Shown here piece by piece: positions 25,492 to 32,447 of a DNA stretch of 64,000 nt. The stretch spans positions 32,001-96,000 of the IMG/VR virus record IMGVR_UViG_3300028048_000055. One strand, written 5' to 3'. A program made the translations under genes and the position numbers. The stretch comes from a virus. Lineage: Duplodnaviria > Caudoviricetes. Every line of letters starts with the position of its first letter. Position 1 is the first letter of the stretch. Under the pieces are notes generated by a model, which worked only from the letters and a program-made list of their open reading frames with translations, did no database searches and was not told the origin of the DNA.

Positions 25492-25524
25492 AAGGTTCCC
25501 ATAAGTTGGGGACCTTAATTTTTT
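25492..25524 (+). terminator. attenuator terminator 5
   Basis: AAGGTTCCCA/TGGGGACCTT plus T tract; GTGGGAACT (25449-25457) competes. Confidence 0.85.
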
Positions 25525-25528
25525 ATAT

Positions 25529-25600
25529 AGCTCTATGAGGTAACGGTAGCCTACGAGACTCCAAATCTGCGAAATCCCTGTTCGAATCGGGGTAGGGCTG
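25529..25600 (+). tRNA. tRNA-Trp(CCA)
   Basis: loop CTCCAAA; G73. Confidence 0.78.
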
Positions 25601-25604
25601 TAAA

Positions 25605-25694
25605 CGGTCTGTGATTGGAATTGGTATACAGCATCGGCTTAAACCCGGTGGCCGAGATAAATACGGATTGGGGGTTCGAGTCCCTTCAGGCCGA
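25605..25694 (+). tRNA. tRNA-Leu(TAA)
   Basis: loop CTTAAAC; long variable arm. Confidence 0.82.
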
Positions 25695-25704
25695 TAAAAT
25701 ATAA

Positions 25705-25786
25705 CGGTATGTGATGGAATGTATACATGCGGGCTTGAGAGGTCCGTGCCCAAAAGGGATTGGGAGTGCGAATCTCCCCGTACCGA
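25705..25786 (+). tRNA. tRNA-Leu(GAG)
   Basis: loop TTGAGAG; long variable arm. Confidence 0.8.
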
Positions 25787-25794
25787 TAACATAA

Positions 25795-25878
25795 CGTCAG
25801 GTGGAGTAATTGGTAGCCTCGCAAGAACGAGAGTCTTGTGGTAGAAATACCGTGAGGGTTCGAGTCCCTCTCTGACGA
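25795..25878 (+). tRNA. tRNA-Leu(GAG) with A32/C33
   Basis: CAAGA-ACGAGAG-TCTTG. Confidence 0.75.
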
Positions 25879-25887
25879 TAAATTAAT

Positions 25888-25972
25888 GGAAGCGTAGGCT
25901 AATAGGTAAGCCAGCACTTTGCTAAAGTGCCGTGGAGAAATCTGCTTGAAGGTTCGAGCCCTTCCGCTTCCG
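25888..25972 (+). tRNA. tRNA-Ser(GCT)
   Basis: GCACT-TTGCTAA-AGTGC; G73; long variable arm. Confidence 0.87.
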
Positions 25973-25980
25973 CTACATAT

Positions 25981-26092
25981 TGCTTGGTGGTGAAAATCGT
26001 GTGGCCTAGGCGCATCGTAGGTAAACACGCCCCGCATAGTAGGGGTGTCTACTTAGCTGGTAGACTTGTTGGTTCGAGTCCAACCTAAGCAG
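25981..26092 (+). tRNA. atypical tRNA (Leu-like) with D-loop insertion and 8-nt anticodon loop
   Basis: acceptor, T arm and variable arm present; GCCCC-GCATAGTA-GGGGT. Confidence 0.55.
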
Positions 26093-26100
26093 TTAAATAT

Positions 26101-26174
26101 CCACTGGTGATGGAACTGGCATACATATCGGATTCAAAACCCGAGTTTTGAGGGTTCGACTCCCTCCTGGTGGA
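26101..26174 (+). tRNA. tRNA-Leu(CAA) with short variable loop
   Basis: loop TTCAAAA. Confidence 0.75.
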
Positions 26175-26180
26175 CTAAAT

Positions 26181-26265
26181 GGCCGAGTGATGGAACTGGC
26201 GAGACAACGGTGCCTTAGAAGCATCGGTCCGAAAGGGCGTGTGGGTTCGAATCCCACCTTGGCCA
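26181..26265 (+). tRNA. tRNA-Leu(TAG)
   Basis: GGTGC-CTTAGAA-GCATC; long variable arm. Confidence 0.87.
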
Positions 26266-26267
26266 CT

Positions 26268-26489
26268 ATGACTAACTTTGAAATGTGAAAGGAATCGCTC
26301 ACTGCAGAAGAGTGGGCAAATAAATTTGTAGAACTGGATTATTGTCCAAAATGTCCAGCCTATAGTTTTTGTAGAGATTGTGATATATTGAATCCAACAA
26401 AGTTAGATGGAACAGTCAATACAGAAGAATGTAATAATACTTGTAGAAAGAGATTTCTTACTTGGGCAAATAAAGATGCACAATGTTAA
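26268..26489 (+). pseudogene. small Cys-rich gene with an in-frame TGA at codon 7
   Basis: MTNFEM*KESLTAEEW...CPKCP...C reads through to TAA 26487. Confidence 0.5.
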
Positions 26490-26799
26490 ACATGCATATG
26501 TATATTGTAATGATAAGCTTGCGGGTCATTTGTTAAGAAACCGCAAGCATTATGTTTTTATATACGATAAAGATTATGTTGGTCCATCTATTGCCATAAA
26601 TTTTCCTAAATCAACTAGATACTATTCTAGTCCGTATTTATTTCCGTATTTTTATGGATTGTTGCCAGAAGGTGAAAATAAAGAATTCTATTGCAAAATA
26701 TTTCACCTTAATCCAGATGATAATTTTGAAATCCTGACAAATTTAGCATGGCATGAAACAATTGGTCCTGTTACTGTAAGACCTTTCAAAAACGGTTGA
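26476..26799 (+). CDS. stand-alone HipA N-terminal domain protein (HipS-like)
   Basis: AYVY...AGHL...YVFIYD...LFPYFYGLLPEG...IGPVTV. Confidence 0.8.
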   Translation: MHNVKHAYVYCNDKLAGHLLRNRKHYVFIYDKDYVGPSIAINFPKSTRYYSSPYLFPYFYGLLPEGENKEFYCKIFHLNPDDNFEILTNLAWHETIGPVTVRPFKNG

Positions 26800-26845
26800 C
26801 AAAACATTAATAGTTTTCTATATTAAAATAAAAAAGAGAACCTTA

Positions 26846-27250
26846 ATGTATACATGTAATCCAGATAGAGTTTTTCGTGGACCACGTGAAGCACAAGAAC
26901 ATGATATGGTAGTTGACTTTACTCATGAAGTTGCTAAAAAACTTGAAAAACTTAAATTACCTACATTTGGTAATAATGAAAAATTATTTTCATATATCGA
27001 ACGTGAAAACAGAGATAAGTTATATTTGTCATTTAAATGTGATTATAGAAAAGAATCCATTTTCGTAGAAATTCCTTCAGTTGATTTTGGTATATCTTTA
27101 CACGTAAAAGATTTAAAAAAGATTAAAACTAAACTTAAACCTGATGGTTATCTTATAAAAGCTATTAATGAAGGTGAAGATTTAATAAGGCAAATTCGTA
27201 GTACAATAAAGTCGAAAATTCATACAGCAATTACATTGGATGAAGTATAA
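26846..27250 (+). CDS. hypothetical protein, tandem paralog 1
   Basis: RVFRGPREA...KKLEK...DGYLIKAI. Confidence 0.7.
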   Translation: MYTCNPDRVFRGPREAQEHDMVVDFTHEVAKKLEKLKLPTFGNNEKLFSYIERENRDKLYLSFKCDYRKESIFVEIPSVDFGISLHVKDLKKIKTKLKPDGYLIKAINEGEDLIRQIRSTIKSKIHTAITLDEV

Positions 27251-27702
27251 TGCATGAAATTATAGATGATAGACAATGGCGTGGACCGACTGATGCTGTA
27301 ACATTTAAGAGAACTTGTGAAAATAATCATAGTTTAGCACAAAAACTTGAAAAACAAGGTATTAAGACTAGTGGTATAAATGATGAACTTTATGCTTGTT
27401 TAAAAATTAATAAGCATCCATTATTAATACAACCTAGTTGGCGTTATATTGATTGTTGGGGTTCGCATCCTAGTGGTAAAGATCCATATGATGTTAATAT
27501 TATGATTCCTGCGGTAGGAGTAACAATTCCTGTTAAACTTGCTAAAATTAAAAAGACATTTGAATCTAAAACTTATCTTGTAAAAGCATTGACCGAATAT
27601 AGTGCGGCATTAGCTGCTGCAAAAAGTAAAAAAGCAAAAAAATCTGTAGACTTGGCATATACAAGTATAATTGAATCAGCTCAAGCATTTGATGAGGCAT
27701 AA
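27250..27702 (+). CDS. hypothetical protein, tandem paralog 2
   Basis: RQWRGPTDA...KLEKQGI...DPYDVNI. Confidence 0.75.
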   Translation: MHEIIDDRQWRGPTDAVTFKRTCENNHSLAQKLEKQGIKTSGINDELYACLKINKHPLLIQPSWRYIDCWGSHPSGKDPYDVNIMIPAVGVTIPVKLAKIKKTFESKTYLVKALTEYSAALAAAKSKKAKKSVDLAYTSIIESAQAFDEA

Positions 27703-27704
27703 TT

Positions 27705-28130
27705 ATGCATATAATTGAAAGAGATAGTACATGGCGTGGTCCAAGCGAAGCTGTGGCATTCAATAGAGAGTGTAATGATAAGCATGATCTTGCTGTAAAA
27801 CTTGAAAAACAAGGTATTATAACTGAAGGTGTAAATACTACACTTTATGGTTATATTAACTTAGGAGAAAGATTTTTACGAATAATTCCTTCTTGGCGTT
27901 ATGATGGCTATTGGAGAACTAAAGATGGTAAATCAGATCCATATGATGTCAATATTGAAATTCCATCATTTGATGTAACTATTCCGGCTAAGCTTGATAA
28001 TATTAAGAAAGTATTTAGTTCTGACGGATATCTTATGAAAGCTATTAAAGAATATGAAGCATCTTTGCATACTGCAAAGCTTGTATTCGCAAATACTATT
28101 AAAGCAGCACAAGCATTGGATGAAGTATAA
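27705..28130 (+). CDS. hypothetical protein, tandem paralog 3
   Basis: STWRGPSEA...KLEKQGI...DPYDVNI. Confidence 0.75.
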   Translation: MHIIERDSTWRGPSEAVAFNRECNDKHDLAVKLEKQGIITEGVNTTLYGYINLGERFLRIIPSWRYDGYWRTKDGKSDPYDVNIEIPSFDVTIPAKLDNIKKVFSSDGYLMKAIKEYEASLHTAKLVFANTIKAAQALDEV

Positions 28131-28262
28131 ATGGAAACTTATATTTTATTTGGAATTCCTGCAGTAATTTTTGGTTACATGTTTTTTGGAACCATTGGAA
28201 GTATTCTTAAAACCCGAAAAGAAATTTTAAGATTAAGACATGAAAAAAATTATTTTTATGGG

Positions 28263-28291
28263 TTTACAAACAGAAAATAAATTACTATATT
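28263..28291 (+). promoter_or_regulatory. promoter of tRNA block 6
   Basis: TTTACA-N17-TATATT; near-identical to 25286. Confidence 0.75.
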
Positions 28292-28357
28292 TAACAACGT
28301 AAAATAACGAAAAACAAGAAAAAACTTTTATATATAATAATAAAGGATAAAAGCAAA

Positions 28358-28447
28358 ATGAACTATCAGTTATATACATCATGCACTTCTTCATGCAGAC
28401 AGCAGTCTTCATGTTATTGCATGTATTCCATTAAAACTGATGGGTGA
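28358..28447 (+). CDS. attenuator leader peptide 6 (MNYQLYTSCTSSCRQQSSCYCMYSIKTDG)
   Basis: 6 Ser (all TCN), 4 Tyr, 4 Cys, 3 Gln (all CAG); precedes Tyr/Cys/Met/Ser/Gln tRNAs. Confidence 0.85.
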   Translation: MNYQLYTSCTSSCRQQSSCYCMYSIKTDG

Positions 28448-28477
28448 CATCATTAAAGTTTGTATATAAACTTTTAT

Positions 28478-28508
28478 GGCGTCACGAAAAGTGACGCTTT
28501 TATTTTTT
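28478..28508 (+). terminator. attenuator terminator 6
   Basis: GGCGTCAC/GTGACGCT plus T tract; GTGACATCAT over the stop codon competes. Confidence 0.85.
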
Positions 28509-28516
28509 ATTAATTT

Positions 28517-28601
28517 GGCAGTTTCGGATAGCGGCAATTCCTGGAGGCTGTAACCCTCCCGCCTTAACGGGCTTCCGTAGGTTCGAGTCCTACAGCTGTC
28601 A
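28517..28601 (+). tRNA. tRNA-Tyr(GTA)
   Basis: GGAGG-CTGTAAC-CCTCC. Confidence 0.85.
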
Positions 28602-28621
28602 CTAAAAATTTATGAATTTAT

Positions 28622-28708
28622 GCTAGTTTGGCAGAGTGGCGAATGCGCGTGACTGTAGATCACGTCTCTAACGAGTTAACATCAGGGGTTCGACTCCCTT
28701 AGCTAGCA
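28622..28708 (+). tRNA. tRNA-Tyr(GTA)
   Basis: CGTGA-CTGTAGA-TCACG. Confidence 0.85.
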
Positions 28709-28725
28709 CTAAAATATAGGTAAAA

Positions 28726-29262
28726 ATGTCAATAAGTTTAATTGAAAAATATGGAGAAGATTATATACGTAATGTTTTTAAAACTGCCAAAACAGTTGAT
28801 GAAGCATGTGAAAAATTACAAACAATAACAAAATATTTAAATTATTATGCAAAAGAATTAAATTGTATTGATGATTATAATAGAATAAAAATTAATTCTA
28901 GTCAAATTGTTAAAGAACGTTTAAAAGATTATCCAGATGCATACATAATGAAAAATGTTAATGGTGTAGTTACACGTACTATAAATGATGATGCATGGCT
29001 TAAATTAATTTTTGAAAATAAAATTAGTAGTAAAAAACAAACAATATTACGTATTCTTATTAAAGCAGGATATAAAGAAAATAAATGTGAATGTTGCGGT
29101 ATTAATGAATGGAATAAAAAACCAATAACTTTACAATTACATCACAAAAATGGAAATCCACGTGATAATTGTTTAGAAAATTTAGAAATATTATGTCCAA
29201 ATTGTCATTCACAAACTAATAATTATGGAAGTAAAAATGCGGCATTACATATAAAAGATTAA
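28726..29262 (+). CDS. HNH endonuclease
   Basis: CECCG...LQLHHKNGNPRDN...LCPNCHSQT. Confidence 0.85.
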   Translation: MSISLIEKYGEDYIRNVFKTAKTVDEACEKLQTITKYLNYYAKELNCIDDYNRIKINSSQIVKERLKDYPDAYIMKNVNGVVTRTINDDAWLKLIFENKISSKKQTILRILIKAGYKENKCECCGINEWNKKPITLQLHHKNGNPRDNCLENLEILCPNCHSQTNNYGSKNAALHIKD

Positions 29263-29529
29263 AACACAAACGAGTAGAACCCGTGTTGCATCATTCTTGA
29301 TTTCATGCTAACGGGCTAACCCAGATGGGGAAAACTCTGGGACGAGGAATCTGCTCTTGCGAATTAGATGAATAACAGAATGATGGTCGCAAGAGTGTAG
29401 TATTGGCTCTACTAAAATATGCCACGTGAGGCCACTTGAAATAAGAGTGAGCGGAGAGAAATTCTGGATTAACCACCTGCTGTGCTCCTTAATCAGTCCT
29501 TGCAATTAGGACGCCTGTAAGTTTGTGTT
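29263..29529 (+). ncRNA. unidentified ~265-nt structured RNA
   Basis: AACACAAAC/GTTTGTGTT closing stem, several helices and a crossing pairing. Confidence 0.6.
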
Positions 29530-29535
29530 AATTGT

Positions 29536-29608
29536 GCTGATATAGCCAAGTCTGGTAAGGCTGATGGTTGCAACCCATCGATCGGGAGTTCGAATCTCTC
29601 TATCAGCT
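29536..29608 (+). tRNA. tRNA-Cys(GCA)
   Basis: GATGG-TTGCAAC-CCATC; U73. Confidence 0.87.
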
Positions 29609-29613
29609 CTACA

Positions 29614-29708
29614 TGTAGCATAGGATGTTCCTATTAATGGAAGATAGGCCATCAGGCCTTGATTCGGTTCAAATCCGAAAGCCGAAAGGCAAATTACATC
29701 CCGCTATA
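29614..29708 (+). ncRNA. UCCUAU scaffold copy 9 (T-arm mimic plus two hairpins)
   Basis: TGTAGC-ATA-GGATGT-TCCTAT...TAC-ATCC-C-GCTATA; TTCGG-TTCAAAT-CCGAA. Confidence 0.8.
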
Positions 29709-29719
29709 AGAAATTAAAA

Positions 29720-29792
29720 AATGGCATAAGAAGTTCCTATTTCGCCCGTTAGGGCATCCGACTTGAAATCAGACTAATTACTTCTCGCTATT
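29720..29792 (+). ncRNA. UCCUAU scaffold copy 10 (mini D-arm + TGA/Ser anticodon arm)
   Basis: TGGC-ATA-AGAAGT-TCCTAT...TAC-TTCT-C-GCTA; TCCGA-CTTGAAA-TCAGA. Confidence 0.8.
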
Positions 29793-29796
29793 TAAC

Positions 29797-29868
29797 GGCA
29801 GTATAACACAATGGTTAGTGTAGCGGAATCATAATCCGTTAATATTGGTTCGAATCCAGTTATTGCTA
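29797..29868 (+). tRNA. tRNA-Met(CAT) (elongator, or Ile2)
   Basis: GCGGA-ATCATAA-TCCGT. Confidence 0.8.
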
Positions 29869-29884
29869 TAATAAAAAATTAATT

Positions 29885-30718
29885 ATGAAGTTAAAATACA
29901 TATGTCAATATTGTAATAAAGAATTAACTAGGCCATGTGCATTAGCTATACATCAACGTGTTTGTAAATTAAATCCAAATAGACAACCGTTAATAAATAA
30001 TGGTAATTTAAATATAGCTAAATATCATAAACCTAAGGCTCCATATGGAACATGGAAATGTAAGTGGTGTAATAATGACATTATTTTTGATACTAGAAAA
30101 CAATTAAAAGAACATTTAAAAGAAAAACATCCAGAAAAACGTAATGCATGGAATAAAGGCTTAACAAAAGAAACTGATGAACGTGTTAAACAATTTGGTC
30201 AAACATATTCTAAGCGAATAAAAAATAAAGAAATATCTGCACTTTTTGCAGGCAAAAAACATACAGATGAATGGCGAAAAAATCATTCAGAATTACAAAA
30301 AGAAAGATATAAAGGAATATCGATATATGCAACCGTAAGGGAAAAACGAAAATCTTATCCTGAACAATATTTTGATAAAATATTTAGTGATGCAGAAAAA
30401 CAATATCATGTAGATAGTTATTTTTTAGATTATGCATGGCCATATATTAAATTATATATTGAAGTTGATGGTGAACAACATTATACTGAATCTGGTTTAC
30501 TTCATGATAAAGAAAGAGCAGAAATATTAAGTAAATTAGGTTGGAATTGTATTACGCGTATTAGATGGAAAAATTATATAAAATTAACAACTAATGAAAA
30601 AGAAAATTTTATAAATAATTTATTAAATAAAATTAATATTTTTAAAAATGAAACTATAGGAAGCAAAACAGACTGCCGGCTCCTATATACGGTGTACAAC
30701 GTCGAAGATAAGGTCTAG
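29885..30718 (+). CDS. Zn-finger + DUF559/Vsr-like putative homing endonuclease
   Basis: paralog of 11522: KSYPEQYF...LDYAW...IEVDGEQHY. Confidence 0.8.
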   Translation: MKLKYICQYCNKELTRPCALAIHQRVCKLNPNRQPLINNGNLNIAKYHKPKAPYGTWKCKWCNNDIIFDTRKQLKEHLKEKHPEKRNAWNKGLTKETDERVKQFGQTYSKRIKNKEISALFAGKKHTDEWRKNHSELQKERYKGISIYATVREKRKSYPEQYFDKIFSDAEKQYHVDSYFLDYAWPYIKLYIEVDGEQHYTESGLLHDKERAEILSKLGWNCITRIRWKNYIKLTTNEKENFINNLLNKINIFKNETIGSKTDCRLLYTVYNVEDKV

Positions 30719-30784
30719 GGTTTGTAAGTTTCAGTATTGGAGAAACTTATACGGCAAGGTTCACCGGGAACAATGAACCATTTT

Positions 30785-30870
30785 TGAGGATTAACCCTAA
30801 TTGGTAAGGGCACGGTTTGGAATACCGTCGTGGGTTTACTCACTTGAAAGTTCGAGTCTTTCATCCTCAG
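30785..30870 (+). tRNA. tRNA-Ser(GGA)
   Basis: ACGGT-TTGGAAT-ACCGT. Confidence 0.82.
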
Positions 30871-30972
30871 CTACGTATGGTGTTAGCGTTAAAACGGCAT
30901 AGGTATACATATGCACGGCACTGCACAGATGAACTATGCGTATTACTGTGCAAAATAAAAAATACGCTGTCT

Positions 30973-31056
30973 GGAAGAGCATCAGATTGGCGACTCAAGC
31001 TGTCCTGAAAACAGTAGTTCCGCAAGGGCTTGTGGGTTCAAATCCCTCCTCTTCCT
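30973..31056 (+). tRNA. tRNA-Ser(TGA) with C33
   Basis: GCTGT-CCTGAAA-ACAGT. Confidence 0.75.
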
Positions 31057-31061
31057 CTAAT

Positions 31062-31142
31062 GGAAGATTAGACTAACTGGTAAGTCAGCAATTTCGAACG
31101 TTGCCGCCGAAAGGCTTGGGTGTTCGAGTCACTCATCTTCCG
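31062..31142 (+). tRNA. tRNA-Ser(CGA)
   Basis: GCAAT-TTCGAAC-GTTGC. Confidence 0.82.
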
Positions 31143-31152
31143 TTATATTTTC

Positions 31153-31228
31153 TGTCCGTTAGCCAAGTCTGTTCTAAGGCAGGGGTCTCTGAAGCCTCCA
31201 TTCGGTGGTTAAAATCCATCACGGACAA
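31153..31228 (+). tRNA. tRNA-Gln(CTG)
   Basis: U1-A72; GGGGT-CTCTGAA-GCCTC. Confidence 0.82.
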
Positions 31229-31246
31229 TATTTTCAAATCTTTTTT

Positions 31247-31277
31247 ATAACGGTCATCATTGACCGTTATTTTTTTA
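31247..31277 (+). terminator. terminator ending tRNA block 6
   Basis: ATAACGGTCA/TGACCGTTAT plus T tract. Confidence 0.8.
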
Positions 31278-31313
31278 TATTTGTTTTTATAAAAACAAAA
31301 ATAGGAAACAAAT

Positions 31314-32201
31314 ATGAGTCATTTTACCACATACGTTTTTACAAAAACTAACGATCAAGAAGAACTGGATAGATTAATGCTTCCATATCATGAATATGAA
31401 TGCACAGGCATTACTGACTATTGTATTCATCAGGATATTACAGCAGAATGTCAAAAAGATTTTGATGATACTGATGAAGAAGATTATAATAGACTTGACC
31501 CGACTGCAATCGAACAGTTCCTTGAAGATGATCGTGGAATTACTAATTATTATGAAGAAGAACCTAGAAAAAAGCCATTGAATTCTTATGCTGTTATTAA
31601 GGACGGTAAGTTAATCGCCGCATATGACTTTACTAATCCTAATCATAAGTGGGATTATTATGTTCCATATTCTTGGCAAAAGTCTGAATATGTCGATGTT
31701 GATGATGACGATGAATCAAAGGCAATTCTTAAGTCTAAATTTGATATTGCAAAATATTTGAAGCGTGCTGAAAATAAAGCTAGAGATAAATTTAATCTTG
31801 TAAAGCCTCATATTAAAGAAGGTTATATTACATGGAAGCAAGCTCGCGAGCAGAATGCTGACAATATTGATAAGGCCCGTGAAATTTATAATGGTCAAGC
31901 ATCGCAGGTAAGTTTAAAAAATGCAATAGATAGTCGTACATATTTTGATTTGACTTTTAACTGCAATACGGTTGACGATATTGCCATAATGAATGAAGAA
32001 GATTATGTCAAGCATGTATTAAGAACTGCGGCACCATTCTGGGCTATGGTTAATCCGGAAGGTGAATGGATTGAAGCTGGTCATATGGGCTGGTGGGCTG
32101 TTACTTGGGATGAAGATGAAGATTTCAGCAAGACTTGGCAAGAAGCATGGAAAAAGATTCCTGATGATTGCTATATTTGGGTTTGCGATTGCCATACTTA
32201 A
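31314..32201 (+). CDS. hypothetical phage protein
   Basis: MSHF...NPNHKWDYY...GHMGWW...DCH. Confidence 0.8.
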   Translation: MSHFTTYVFTKTNDQEELDRLMLPYHEYECTGITDYCIHQDITAECQKDFDDTDEEDYNRLDPTAIEQFLEDDRGITNYYEEEPRKKPLNSYAVIKDGKLIAAYDFTNPNHKWDYYVPYSWQKSEYVDVDDDDESKAILKSKFDIAKYLKRAENKARDKFNLVKPHIKEGYITWKQAREQNADNIDKAREIYNGQASQVSLKNAIDSRTYFDLTFNCNTVDDIAIMNEEDYVKHVLRTAAPFWAMVNPEGEWIEAGHMGWWAVTWDEDEDFSKTWQEAWKKIPDDCYIWVCDCHT

Positions 32202-32216
32202 TAAAGGAATAGAATA

Positions 32217-32447
32217 ATGAAGAAAATTGTATTTGCATGTTGTTTACTCGCATCATTTGTTTTTGCAAAGGATCTTAAGATTGATGTTTGCAGAGGCGAT
32301 AATTGTTATACTTATTTAATTTCTGATGCAAAGGATTATCGTTATATCCATGACGCAACTGGTAGAAAGTATCTTCGTATTTTTAAGTATAATAATAAGA
32401 TTCTGGATATCTTTGTTGACGGTATGACTGTAAAGGTTGGTAAGTAA
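32217..32447 (+). CDS. small exported protein
   Basis: signal peptide MKKIVFACCLLASFVFA. Confidence 0.7.
   Translation: MKKIVFACCLLASFVFAKDLKIDVCRGDNCYTYLISDAKDYRYIHDATGRKYLRIFKYNNKILDIFVDGMTVKVGK

Noticed and set aside
25523-26302. Minus-strand ORFs 25523-25792, 25639-26037 and 26093-26302
   Set aside because: They are antisense to the Trp/Leu/Ser tRNA block.
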